The translations under genes and the position numbers were made by a program. From contig NC_134028.1 of assembly GCF_964204645.1 (NCBI RefSeq), positions 15,383,653-15,447,652 on the forward strand: DNA of 64,000 bases, in the 5' to 3' direction. Below the pieces are notes generated by a model, which saw nothing but the letters and a program-made list of their open reading frames with translations, was not told the DNA's origin and did no database searches. Position 1 is the first letter of the stretch. Each line of letters starts with the position of its first letter. This DNA is from Tubulanus polymorphus. Its lineage: Eukaryota > Animalia > Nemertea. Shown piece by piece: positions 22,572 through 35,879 of the stretch.

Positions 22572-23059
22572 TTTAATACTAAATTTTTTATTAAAATTGA
22601 TTCAATGATTAAAAGTTCAATGATTTATATCATGCATTATTTCAATCACACTTTACTAACACTTTTAATGTTTAAAAATCTAACTCATACAAATATAAAT
22701 ATTGAAATATGTTTAAAATATATCTATATATCTATTCTATAAGAGCTCGTTAATTACTCGTTACTTTTTTACTCACACTTTAATAACACTTTTATATTGA
22801 ATAATCTATCAATTTATATGTTATCCATGTAAATTATGTTTAAATATATATATATATGAATATTTTAAGAGTAATAGGGATAATAGGCTTTCAGGTTAAA
22901 GGTTGAAGGGGCGAGTGCGTAAAAAAATGAAAATAACAATAATTTACAGTTGAATTAGGAGTGTGCGCGACTAATTCAACTGTAAATTATTGTTATTTTC
23001 ATTTTTTTACGAACTCGACCCTTCGACCTTTGATCTGAAAGCCTATTATCCCTATTACT
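22302..23059. repeat. Right TIR of Polinton A
   Basis: Reverse complement of 6841-7586; ends ...TATTACT followed by TSD CCCCTG. Confidence 0.95.
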
Positions 23060-23081
23060 CCCCTGTTTTTAACCTATATCT

Positions 23082-23125
23082 CACACCTGACGATGATCTC
23101 TAGGGTGAGATCGAAACGTCGTGTC
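23082..23125 (+). ncRNA. Minimal hammerhead ribozyme in the Penelope pseudo-LTR
   Basis: CAC.CUGACGA.U-GAUCUC-loop-GAGAUC-GAAA-CGUC-GUG: conserved core boxes, 6-bp stem II, palindromic minimal stem III, GUC cleavage triplet. Confidence 0.85.
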
Positions 23126-24036
23126 TTATATATATTTTAGATTGAATAAATAAATTCTTGTTTTTAAATTCTTTTAATCTGTAGATAGTGGGTTTTTATC
23201 TTATTATCAGTTCCCCACATTTGAGTGTAGTTATCGTTCTACCAATAATAATAAATTGGGTTATGGTAAAATAGAAACTAAGGATTTAGAAAGATTAATT
23301 TCAATAAATTACCGAAATTTTATGATAATTTAAAACAAGAAAACAATAATGGTTGGGTTTATTTTATTTTAGAAAATAGTGAAAGTTTTACTAAAGCTGG
23401 TATACAAATAATAAATCAATCAATTAGAACTTATTTGATAGTATTCTAGGATCACAAGTTGAAACAAGATCCCCGATAATTGGAAATTTAAATACATCAT
23501 TTGATACACAAAAACAATTCTAAGTATTATTTGAAGATTCTATTCATAATGATAAAAATAGATCGATTCCAGAAAATATAGTCAGGTACCAAAATTATTT
23601 AGATAAATCTCATGTAAGATTGAATTATTGTATAGGCCCTAATCTATTAATCATTTCTATTTGGGAGATATAAAAAATGGGAAATATAATTGGGTACAAT
23701 AATTTGATTAGAACTGCTACAATAAATAATAAGTTTGGATTAAATGATATAAATAAAAAAATAATCACTGCTCCAAAACTAATGTAAGGTGAAAAAATTT
23801 AAAAAAAACATATTCAATCAACAGAAACTAAAACTAAGAATATTAGATTGGATAATGATTCTAAAATAAAAGATTACAATAATTCAGAAAATATAAAAAC
23901 TGATATTATTCGACATGATATAATTAAAACTAATAATGATAATAAATCCCATGAAAATACTGAATTAGCTATAACTTGTATAGGAATTGTTATAGGAGGA
24001 ATATTATATTTTAAATTTTAATTTTTTATAATGTAA

Positions 24037-25506
24037 ATGGTAGAAGGTGGAGAAGATATTCCATTGGATACTTTTGGTGACGCCCCGGGTATAAGTGATG
24101 AACCACAAACTGATTTTAATGAAACTAATATTGATAATGATAATGAATCATCATATAATTCTAATTTAGCAGATAGTGGTTCTAAAGGCCCATCAACAGA
24201 TGAGTTTCATAGAAGAACTAAATCGAGAATAAATCCTAAAAATGAAAATCCAGATTTAGTAAAACAAAATTTTGAATATAATGAATATATTCATAATTTC
24301 AAACCTATATTTGAAAGATCTGGATATAACATCAACGATAGAGGTGCTAGATATTTAGTAAGAGAATTAAAATATTTAGATGGTGAATATTATTATCATT
24401 TGAAAGATGATTATTATATTGATATCTCTTATAAAAAACGAAACAAAATATTAGCAGAATCAACTTTGCTTAAGTTAGACCTATCTAGAATTGAATGAAT
24501 AATTAATAGTAATGAAATAGAAAATGTTACCAGTACAGAAATTAATAAGAATGAAAGATAATTTAAACGAAGAATTAATGAATATTTTGAAACAATCATT
24601 AATAATTTAGAACCAGAAACAACTTCTGAACAGAATATAACTTTCAAAACTAGTAAATTTAAATCAAATAAAGTTCCAATTGAAAAAATTTTACCGAAAG
24701 GATTAATAGATGCAACAGATCAACAATTAGAAGATTTAAATATATTTTCTGATAAAGCAATTAGAGAAATTATTAGTATGAGAAATAAAGCTGATAAATT
24801 TGCACATAATAAAAGTATAAGAGATTTTAAAATTAGAACTTTAGAAAAAGATAGAACTGATAAAATTAAAGAAATAGAACAATTAAAATTAGATAGAGAT
24901 AATAAAGTTATTGAAGCAATTGAACTTAAAAAAAGAAATGCATATTTAGAAAAAGAAAAAGATGATTTAGAATATAACATAGAATTACAGACAGAAGAAA
25001 ATGAATTATTAAAAAAATCATATGATTATAATATTAATAGATTAAAAGTTTTTTTTAAAGATTTGTTGATAAAACCAAATTCTGAAATATCATTAAAAGA
25101 TAGAATAAAAGTATTATTTAAACTAGAAGGTATCACAATTCTTTCAATTCTAACAGCTGTAACTATGATATTTACAACAATAGGTTTAGTTGTATCAAAT
25201 TCATTAAAATCTACGCCTACTCCCAATAAACCAGATAAACCACCAAATAATAATAATTCTATACAGGATAAAGTGAAAGATGGATTAAAAGAATTAGCAA
25301 AATATCTATGGGAACTATCTAAAAAATCTGCTGCAGCTTTACCCGGAGTTATAGCGTCAATTGTTGGTTTTGTTTTAAAATCTGCAGGGAATATTATTAA
25401 CTTTGCTGCTGAACATATAATTTTATTTTTAATTACAGTTGTAAGTGCAATTATTTTTGGGTTAGTGAATATACAAAATAAACAATTATTTTTTTTTGTT
25501 AAATAA
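24037..25506 (+). pseudogene. Coiled-coil/TM protein homologue (copy B)
   Basis: C-terminus matches the A 557-aa ORF; N-terminus matches C; internal stops. Confidence 0.75.
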
Positions 25507-26756
25507 ATGAGCGGGAGTTATATAAATCCTTCTAAGAATTCTAGAATATCTAATGCAATTAAAGCAGAGAGATCTCACCATATAATTACTCATAATCTTT
25601 CTAATATTAATCCTGATGAAACTTTATATGTTAGAATCCCTCGATTAACAAAAAATACTTTTTATGTTTTAAATAGTATGTATTTATCAGCTGATATAAA
25701 AGTAACTGGCCATGATAATAATTATGTTGTTGATAATGTTGGGAGATATTTGATTAAAAAATTAATTGTAAAGTTCGGTCCGGTGGATAATTTTTTCTTA
25801 AATGATTATGATTTATTTATGTATTATAAAGATTTATGGTTAACAAAAGAAAATAGAAATAATATGATATTTCAAGGCATCCAATCAGAAAACCAAAATA
25901 AATTAAGATCTGAAGCTAATAATGCAGTAGTAACTTATGCTACAGATAATTTGATAAAAAAGATTTATGGAAGCAAATATAAAATTCCATTACACTTTTG
26001 AATTGATAAATAACAATGCACCTTTATATAAATATGCAATTCAAGAAGATATTATATTTGCAATAACATTTGCTCCTGTTAATGAAATTGTATTATCAAG
26101 TGTAGTTAAAGATATGGGATATAAATTATCGAATATATGTTCAGAATATGATACAGTAACTGATGAAAATATTGCGAGCACAATTCAAACTCAATATCAT
26201 GAAGGATTTTCATTATTATATGATTATATTGAAAAATTTATAATTGTAACTATTAATGCAAATGATGAAATTATCAATGAGAATATTAGCTTCCCAAGAA
26301 GATCTATTAAAGGCGTATTAATATTTTTTTACCATTGCTACATATTCTAATGACGCAATAAATGTTGATAATTATTATAATCCGGAAATATCAAAAGTAG
26401 AAATCACTATGGAAGGCGTAGCTAATAAAGTATTTTGCCAGGGAATGAGAATGATTGATCAGTGGCCAGAAATTAAAAAACATTTTATGAATGAAAAAAT
26501 GAAATCATCTGAAGATTGTAATATTAATCAAATTGATTATTATACCGGTAATAAATATGCATTATGGTTAGATTTTAGAACAACAGAGGATAACTTAATA
26601 CATGGTTCTGGGAAAAAATTACAAAATACAAAAGATGGGATACAATTATTCATGAAAAAGAAAAAAGGAATCAAAAATTTCAAAATGCACATTAATCTTA
26701 TATCTGACGCGCAATAAAATATTATAAATTCTCAATTACACAGTGTTATGTATTAA
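25507..26756 (+). pseudogene. Major capsid protein (copy B), frameshifted
   Basis: Three ORF pieces homologous to the A and C capsid genes. Confidence 0.7.
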
Positions 26757-26788
26757 AATTTTAATTTTAATAAACAAATTTATAATAA

Positions 26789-27850
26789 ATGGAAGGAGGA
26801 ATATATGAAATAAAAAGTCCAAGTGAAATGATATATATTATATAATACCTTATGATGAATATAGTAAGTATTTTGGAGAATACTTTAATCAATTCAAATA
26901 TAGAATACGTAAAATAGATAATAATATTGAAACTAAAAAAGAAGATAATATTGAATCTAAAATAGAAGATAATGTTATACCTTCTTCATCGAATAATGAT
27001 AACTATAATACAAAGATTGAACCTGATATCAAAACCAAAAAGACAAATGAAAAATATTTTGATATATGTGAGAATTATATATCATATAAAAATTGGGCAT
27101 CACATAAGAAATCAAAGAAACATGTAGAAAATGAAAAGAATAATAATGATTATAATATCATAGATAATGTTAATACAATTAAAACTAATGATGATAATAT
27201 AACAGATAATGTTGATACAATCGAAACTAATGATAATGAAACAATTGATGATTCTAAAAACATTGTAATGTTTGTAATTTAGATATCTCTAAAAGTAATT
27301 ATTCTAAGCATAAAAAATCTCAGGCGCATATTGAAAATGAAAGGGAGTTAGAACAACATGAAAAGAAATTAGAAGAAATAGAAAGAAGTAAAACGTGTCA
27401 ATATTTTAATAAGAAAATTGGACCTGTTGATGAAAATACTCATTATAAATGAAATTACATCTAATTAATGTTTATAACGATGTGAGTATGATACCATTGT
27501 TAAATAACCCAAAGAAATATATCAAATATTTTGATCCTAAAGCTAAACAATATTATATATTCTATAAGTTGTTATTTGATAAATTATTAGCTTATGCAGA
27601 AGATAATCCTAAACAAATATATAGATTATTATATTTTAGAAATATAGATTTAAGTTATCTAATAAATAATTTTGGATATCATTTCGATTTTGATGAATAC
27701 TTTGAAAAATTAAGAAAAGAATGTAATATACATACTAATTATAATAAACTGATGGTTCAACTAAAATTAATAAATTTACCTAAGCATTATTATGAATTAG
27801 ATATAAACAAAGATGATTCTAAAAACTTATTGGAATCAAAATTAGAATAA
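26789..27850 (+). pseudogene. Zinc-finger protein homologue (copy B)
   Basis: Matches A from ~18660 onward and supplies the C-terminus missing from A. Confidence 0.65.
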
Positions 27851-27852
27851 TT

Positions 27853-28229
27853 TATATATCTATGTACTAGACGTACGTAAGAATCCAAGAATCCAAGAAA
27901 GTAAGAAAGGTACGAGAGGTACGAGTAAGAATCCAAGAATCCAAGAATTCTTACTTTCTTACTTTCTTACTGGTACCTCTCGTACATACATATATAAATT
28001 ATTATTTTTTTAAATTAAAAATAGTTATAATATAATCTATTTTTATTTTTATTAAGTGAAAACATATAATTTATTCATTTTTATATCTTTAAATTTTATA
28101 TATTTTTAATTATTACAAAACTAATTCATATACCCAAGTACGAGAGGTACGAGTAAGAATCCAAGAATTCTTACTTTCTTGGCAAGAATCTTGGTTTCTT
28201 ACTCGTACGTCTCGTACATAGATATATAT
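27853..28229. repeat. Composite direct/inverted repeat block
   Basis: AAGAATCC, GTACGAGAG and TTACTTTC units in both orientations; bounded by TATATATCTATGTAC / GTACATAGATATATA. Confidence 0.8.
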
Positions 28230-30160
28230 TAGTCCAAGAGAAAAACCTTGCTTTTTGGCCGAACCTCGTTTTTTTTATATCTAGTCAGTTTTTTGCTGTT
28301 TCTAGTAGATTTTGGGGTGCTGAATCCAAATCTGATGAGTGCCAGACTGGCACTCTTGAGCGTTTTCGTCAAAACCCCAAAATCCAAGATGGCCGCCGCC
28401 CCTTTGGGAAAAATATTGGAACGATATATAAATGTCCGATTTTCACGATCTTGGTATCGATTCACATGTTCTTTGGTATTTCAAAACTGATTACGACGTT
28501 TAAAATTTTGAAATTTCACAATGGCCGCCAGAAACGGCCATTTTCTAAGATGGCCGCTGTTTTTTAAGGATTTTTTAAAATCATCCAATTTGATCAGTCA
28601 AAGTGTCTAATAATACTGTTTAAAGTGTTCTAAATTTTATCCGAGGAATAAAAATGTCTAAAATGAAACATGTCATCCAGTAGCAGCCATTTTTCAGATA
28701 ATGAAAAATTGTCTGTTTCTCAGTTTCGTGTCAAGGCATATTGAACGATACATACCAGTGCATGTTAGTTAAATGTCTATCTCGTCATAATCATCACTAC
28801 TTTCACTAGCACTGTCGGTGTCCTCAGATGCAGAAACAGTCATTGGGTTTCGACAAGATGACCCGCCATTACAATTACAAAACTGAGTACATGTGATGGT
28901 GACCTTATTACATGAGCACAACGCAGTGCGACAATCACCCTTGCAGTGGCAACTTACAATATTTAACACCTCGTTGGGAGCAAGTGGCTGCTCTGGAATA
29001 CAATGGACTTGATTGAGTGACTGTCCATTCTTCTCCCAGCCATACTCTAATGGATCGAGGTCAGGTGGAGAAGGTTGTCCAGCTGACATCCATACCGCCG
29101 TCTGGTAATGTACTCGCTGGCAATGGGCATGGAATGCTGCTGATGTTGGTGGTAAAGTTTTTTACTTTTGTGGTGTATGGCACTTGCCGGCAATCTTAGC
29201 TGTAAACATGGCAGCTCTCATCAAACTTAATGTGTCCACTGGCATTTGATTGTAAAGTGATGTTACGAACTGCATGCAAGAATCTGTAACATGTTCGTTC
29301 GATACAGTCAGATTCCCAAGAAGAAGCTGATCTGGAAATGACTTCAGTTTTTTTTTTAAACCGTTGATTTTCCTATTCCGGAGAAGGACGAGACTGTGTC
29401 ACAGCCAGTTAGGGCATGGGCACCTAGAATGTTCGAAATAACAGATCTGTGTTCCTTTATCACATTGTTCACACTGATGATAGCATGATTTCGAGAACAT
29501 TCTTCCATGGACACTTGTACAGTTTCTGGGATGTCGTTTGTTCTGGCATGCAGATGGTGTGCAAGTATGAGGAGAACATCTGTGTCATCACACACGATTC
29601 TGATCGGTGAGTGGCCAGCAGCAGCCTCATTGATCATATGATAGACGATCATCACATCAGCCTCCTCGTGTTTCACTTCCACCTCCTGTGCACCAACTCC
29701 AACTTCTATTGGTTTCAGTTCTGGTCCAGTGACAACCATTCGTTTACCAGCAGGAACCTGCACATCAGATAGCGTATCAACTATCATCTGAATGATCATA
29801 TTCTTGTTTTCACTGACACTGAGTACAACAGCCTGTTTTGGTAACAGTGACTCTTCTGTTAGTTTGTAAACTCGCGAGACTCCTTTCTGACGTGTTGTTC
29901 GGCATGATGACTTTATACTGTTCTTGTAATATCGATCGAACACAACATGAAGAATTTTACATGTACCAAGTCTGCGCATGATGACAGACATTAGAGACAT
30001 ATAGCAAAACCTTTGCTGGCAATGATGGCCATGGAACTGTCCAAAGTATGGCACATCCATCAAGGATGACAACCTGTGGTGGGTCTGTATGCCGGACGAC
30101 ACACTGCATCTTAGACTTGAGCACTGATTTGTTTGTCTTACGTATATCGCCATTGTCATC
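28230..30160 (-). mobile_element. Academ-like DNA transposon, 3' fragment
   Basis: TAG terminus at 28230, AAGATGGCCGC subterminal repeats, XPG/PIN-like and Cys-rich coding remnant; cut by Polinton C at 30161. Confidence 0.65.
28769..30159 (-). pseudogene. XPG/PIN-like nuclease + Cys-rich (CXC) C-terminal part of Academ-type protein
   Basis: VVFDRY..SIKS, HEEADV, CDDTDV, HALTGCDTVS.F.GIGK, DP.EYGW and SCHCKG.C....CSC......CT.FC.C; frameshifted. Confidence 0.75.
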
Positions 30161-30615
30161 AGTAATAGGGGTAATGGGCTTTCAGATCAAAGGTCGAAAG
30201 GTCGAGCTCGTAAAAATGAAAAAATATGAAAATAACAATAATTTCTATTTGAATTAGTAGCGAAACTCATAAAAAATGAAAAATAATTCTCGCACGCTCG
30301 AATTTATTTTTCATTATATAAGAGTTTCACTCCTAATTCAAATAGAAATTATTATTATTTTCATATTTTTCATTTTTTACTCACTCGCCCTTTCAACCTT
30401 TAATCTGAAAGCCCATTACCCCTATTACTCTTAAAATATTTATATACATGAATAAAATATATATGAATAACATATAAATTGATTATTCAATAAAAAAGTG
30501 TTAGTAAAGTGTGAGCTCTTATAGATAGATATATTTTAAACATATTTCAATATTTATATTTGTATGAGTTAGATTTTTAAACATTAAAAGTGTGAGTAAA
30601 GTGTTATTGAAATAA
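30161..30615. repeat. Terminal repeat of Polinton C (30161-30429 fold-back palindrome)
   Basis: Homologous to the A TIR, with a longer hairpin. Confidence 0.9.
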
Positions 30616-30974
30616 TTTTGATTTGATTTATTTGATTTGATTAATTTGATGATTATCATGATACAAATATAAATACATAATTATTACAAAATGTTTATGT
30701 ATAATACATGACAATCATCAGGACCTCGGAAATCATTAAGTGATTGTCAAGCCGAGGCCCTGGAGCAAATAACAAAAAAAAAAATGCAATTATGAAAAGA
30801 AGGAACATTGAGAATTATGGAATGATACTATTTGGATAATGAGAAGGATGCAAAATTCTACGTTATAGCATAAACTAGCCATGGGATTAATTGATGGTAG
30901 ACTGTTATTGATTAATTAACGGGATAATTTAAGAATAGAAAAGTCCTCCCATTTCGACGAATGAGATATAATCC

Positions 30975-33900
30975 CTAAAAAGATAAGCATTTCTGCATAA
31001 AATAAATTTCTACACATTTATAGTATTTTGGTTTGCTCAAGATTTTAGATGTTGATAAATAGGTTGACATGAGTTGCTTCTTGAGATTGTGCTTGAAACT
31101 ATAAAGAGATGAACTATTTCGGATGTTGATTGGTAAAGAATTCCAAAGATTTGGGCCTGCTATACTAATAGAGAACGAGCGTTTAGTAGTGCGATGTTGC
31201 GGTATATTTAAATTATTGGCATTTCGTAGAATATGATGTTGCTGACCAGACCTATATGAAAGAATATGTCGTAGGGTATTAGGTACCTTGTTGCACGTCA
31301 GCTTGAAAATGAAGCTTGCGGTTTGGAGCTTATTAATGTCAGTTAATTTAAGGTGATTGCCTAGTTTAAAGAGTGGACTAGAGTGTGCTAGGTAAGGTAC
31401 ATTATATACAAGTCGTAAAGCCCGTTTCTGTAGGATGCTAAGATGATACAGACGGATTGGATATGTACGTCCCCAGACAATTTTGCAGTATTGGAAATAT
31501 GGTAAAACTAGGGAATTATAAGGTGTGGGCAAAATGGGCTGCGGTAGACATTTGTGGGCTTTGAACAATAAACCAATAGCACGTGAAACTTTGGCAGATG
31601 TATAGGCAGTATGTGCTGACCAGTTTAGGTTTTCATCAAAAATCACACCAAGAAATTTGTTGGTGCACGAATGAGCAACAGGTTGATTGTCTATACTGAT
31701 TTCTGTATTGTCTGGTAATCTAAAATTGCCAAACTTCATGTAGCTTGTTTTCTTTACATTCAACGAGAGTTTGTTTGCTCTAAACCACGTAGATAGTTTT
31801 ATCAGTTCGCGGTTTACGGCACGAATTAATTCTATAGGATCTTTGTTGCTACAAGAAATGATAGCGTCGTCAGCAAACAGTATAAACTTGAATAACTTAG
31901 AAACATGTATTATGTCATTTACATACAAAAGAAAAAGTAATGGTCCAAGAATAGAACCTTGTGGGACACCGTGCGAGATGGGCTGATAACTGGAAGGAGA
32001 TTTGTTGTAGTCTACATATTGTTTACGATTTGATAAATAACTTTTAATCCAATCATTCGATAAGCCTCTTATGCCTAATCTGTGTAGTTTTTGGATCAAA
32101 ATTGAGTGGTCGAGTGTATCGAAAGCTTTCGATAAATCAATGAAAATACTTATTGAGAATTGGCCATTTTCAACCTGTTTTGAGATATGATCTGTAAAGT
32201 CAAGCAGTGCAAGTTCCGTAGATGAATTTTTCCTAAAGCCATATTGATGAGGGTTAAGGATATGATGATTATCAACAAAGGATATTATACGGGCGTAGGT
32301 AATTTTTTCTAGGATTTTAGAAAAGAACGAAAGGACTGATATAGGTCTGTAGTTAGTGATTTCATTTTTTTCACCGCCTTTATGAATTGGGGTAACTTTG
32401 GCGATTTTAAGAGCGTCGGGAACTATCCCCGTTGAATATGACTTATTGAAGATGTATAGTAATGGTTCCATTATTTCAGAGATGGCAGACTTAGCAATTT
32501 TAGGTTTTATATCATCAGGCCCAGCACCTTTATTAGCATCCAAATTATTGACAATATATAAAATGTCCTGCTGAATAATTGGGTTTAGGAACAGGTTATT
32601 TGAAGAATCGGGTTGGAGGTATGATAGGGGAGAGATTTCGGTTGTTGGAATTTTGTCCGCTAAGTTTCTACCAACGTTAGTAAAGAAAGAATTGAATTTA
32701 TTGGCTACATCTAAAGGGTCAAGGTCTACACCATTTATGTCTCTAAATGGTGGGCATATATTTATATCTTTAGGGCTACCGATAACTTGGTTTAGAATCG
32801 ACCAAGTTTTTTTCAGGTCATGTTTCGCAGCAATTAATGCTCGTGCGAAGTGCTGTTTCTGCGCAGCTTTAAGCAATCGATTCAACCTGTTGCGATATTT
32901 CTTGTAACGTTCGTGATGATCAGCGCGCTTAGTTCGTTTGTATATTCGGTAATATTTCAATTTGGTTTTGACAGAATTTAGTAAGCCCTCGGACAGCCAG
33001 GGTTTACACGAAGGACGAGTTACATTTTTAGTTAGAATAGGAAAACTTAAGTCGTAGAGCATCTTGTATCTCGTGAAAAAGAGATTGTATGCTACGTTGG
33101 AATCATTGGTTGTGTATATGTCACTCCAGTCTTCGTTGGCCAAGCGCGCTTTAAAATCCGAAATATTGAGTTCATTGATAGGTCTAAAATGGATAATGTA
33201 CGGTGCATTTTTAAGCCGTCGAGCACGCGGGTAAATAACAAAGGTAGAATAATGGTCTGAAATATCAGTAGTCAATATGCCGGATCGTTGGTTGTCAACA
33301 TTGGTATATATGTGGTCAATACAGGTTGCTGACGTTTCGGTGACTCTTGTAGGTTTTAAAATAAGAGGTTGTAATGAATGCGTAACCACGTTATTTAAGA
33401 AGTCGTGGGTCTTGTTGTGCGTGGATGCTTTGATGAGATCCATATTGATGTCGCCCATAATGAACACGTTATTTTTAGGCAATTTAGCTAATGTTGAATT
33501 AAGTTCATTGGTAAACTGATCAATTGGTTGACCTCCTTGTCGATATAAGACACCGACTAATATTTTTTCATTACGTGAAATCGACAATTCACAAAATAAC
33601 AATCAAAAAGTGTTACTTTCAGGTCGTTACGTACTTTACAATGGTAATGGTCATCGATGTATATAGCCACACCGCCTGCATGGTTAAAATGACGATTTAA
33701 GAAAAAGCTATTGTACCCGTCTAGTTTGTATAATACATCATTATCGTGATCGTCTAGCGCCCACGTTTCGGATATCCCAATGACTGTGGGTGAAAAGTTT
33801 ATACTAGTTATTGTATCTCTTAAATTTTCAAAGTTTTTGTTCATGCTTCTAACATTGGTATGGTATAGAAATAATCCACTCTGTTGGTCGTTGGTGTTCA

Positions 33901-33985
33901 CAAGAGCGTTAAGCGAGTCAATGGAATAATAAGTAGTGTCGGGGGGATCCTTCTCACTATCCAAAAATATATCATCATGAAACAT
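30975..33985 (-). pseudogene. LINE ORF2 (AP endonuclease + reverse transcriptase), one frameshift near 33600
   Basis: NVRSM, ISETW, GGVAIY, GDINMD, TCIDHI, SDH; NYRPIS, QYGFR, DLSKAFD, GVPQGSILGP, FADD. Confidence 0.92.
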
Positions 33986-34937
33986 AATTTACAGGCGAAA
34001 TGCGGGTAGATGGTTACACAGTAGAAAAATTGGAAACAAAAAAAAAGAGTAATAGTGCAGAGTAATAGTGATGATAACTTGGGGATATCGCACTGGATTT
34101 ATATTATCGAAAATTAATCAAAATGTACTAATGATAGGTACAGAATAGAACGGGCAGACGTGTTACATATCTCTATACACCAAATGTCTACGTTTTCAAG
34201 GAAGGATAACAAGTAGTTTTATATTCCGATTCGCTCGGATAGTAACCAACAAACGAGTCGATGAGTAGAGAAAATAAAGTTCCCTATTATAACTCATTGA
34301 TAATAAGGAAGAGGTTTAAAGGAGGTACAATCTCGAGTCCAGACACAGAATTGAATTGAGAGTTCGAATAAATGCATGATTTAAAAAGAAATGTAACACC
34401 TTTTGAATTTACATCTAGTATCATATTATCAAATTCAACAATAAACGAAGTGAAATGCAGTTAAGTCAACAGAATTTGTACACCACAAATATATACTAAA
34501 AGAGGTTTTGTTCGAGACTTTCCTTAGTCTCGGATTTCGTTCATATCGAACGTTAAGGATCGCCGAGACAATTAACGCAGTGCGGACCATGGAGCGATTT
34601 TTAGTGCCCATCGAAACGGTATGAATTATTCTGTCGAGTCGTTGAAAGGAAGGTGCGTAATTTAAACGGAAACGGAAAGTAATGCACAATGCAACATTTA
34701 GTCCCTTAAAGGGTCTAATTTCGCAACGGATCGTAGAATAGGTTAGGTTTGTAGGTAGAAGGGTATGGTACGGATATCACGATGGACGGAACACAATGTG
34801 ATGTAAGTATATAATGAACGGATCGGAACACTAGTACGCGGAGTCGTTCGAGTTCGCTAACGGGGTCGAACATAGAAGTGTACGGATTTCAGATATGAAC
34901 AAAACACGAATGCAACGCAATTGTTGACGGGATCGGA

Positions 34938-35879
34938 TTAGTAGTATGTGGTGTCGTTTGGGTTCGCTGATGGGGTTGATTCCTCGTTGAGAGCCGATAT
35001 TGATGAATGGTCGCTGATTTCAATCGCTTTCTCGCGCTCGGTTTTAATGACGAGTATTTTACCATCGCGAACGTAAAAACCGTAAATACGCTTAGATTTC
35101 CATAATTTTCGGACTTCGTACAGAATCGTCTGGCGTCTTTTCGTCAGGTCTTCATTAGCGTAAACATCTTTAGGGAGCTTTTTACGATTAACCAACACGT
35201 ATTGCCGCGCTCGGTGAGTGACGTATTTACAGATGATCGGGCGGTTTGTTCCATCTCTTTTGGGCCCGAGGCGATGAGATCGATCGATACTCGGAGTTCC
35301 ATCGCGGGAGCGTCATCAGGCATGATCTTACGTGCGAGGTCTAGAATTATTTGGTCCGTGTTTTCGGAAGAATTTTCTTTTATACCGTTTACAATGATAT
35401 TGTTTCGCCTGGAATATTGTTCCTGGTGATCCAGTTTCGCACTAAGATCAGCTATGACTTCGTTTTGATCATCGATCGTTTTTACAAGATGTTCCAGTTG
35501 ATTTTGAAATGTGAACTTTATGGCCGACACGATTCGGTTCACTAGACCCGCGGTTGATTCCTCGTTATTTAGCAGGTTCGAGACGGTGCTCGCAATTTCG
35601 TCTATGTGGCCTCGTTGCCTGTTGATTCACGTTTGGAGGAATATTGGGTTTTTTTATACCTTCACGAGGTGAGAATTCTTCAGAGGGGAATATTTTCCTC
35701 GATTCGGGGTCTGAGGCTGCAGTCGAGGTACTAGTGACTGGCGTGATCAGAGTTTGTTGTTTCGGAGCGCTTTGAGTATTTGACGCGGGTTCAACGTTAT
35801 TGTTACTCGGCGTTGTGCCTTTGTTATCTGCGGTAGCGGTGGCAGGTTTCGTCGAGCTATCTTTCTTCGGTCTACCCAT
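34938..35879 (-). pseudogene. LINE ORF1, frameshifted
   Basis: Coiled coil, EQYSRRNNIIVNGIKE and VYANEDLT motifs in three frames. Confidence 0.8.

Larger units (their letters stand above)
6841..23059 (+). mobile_element. Polinton/Maverick-type endogenous DNA virus, copy A (16.2 kb, internally deleted)
   Basis: AG...CT termini, 6-bp TSD CCCCTG (6835-6840 / 23060-23065), ~750-bp TIRs, and pPolB, integrase and capsid-like genes. Confidence 0.95.
23245..28229 (+). mobile_element. Polinton fragment, copy B (no TIRs)
   Basis: Collinear with A ~14600-19380 and extending past A's deletion; many stops and frameshifts. Confidence 0.9.

Noticed and set aside
23244-23254. AATAATAATAA as a Penelope TSD (also at 4915-4925)
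   Set aside because: Low complexity, and the two flanks are not halves of one sequence.
27853-28229. CRISPR-like array
   Set aside because: Units are 8-9 nt, there are no unique spacers or cas genes, and the context is eukaryotic.
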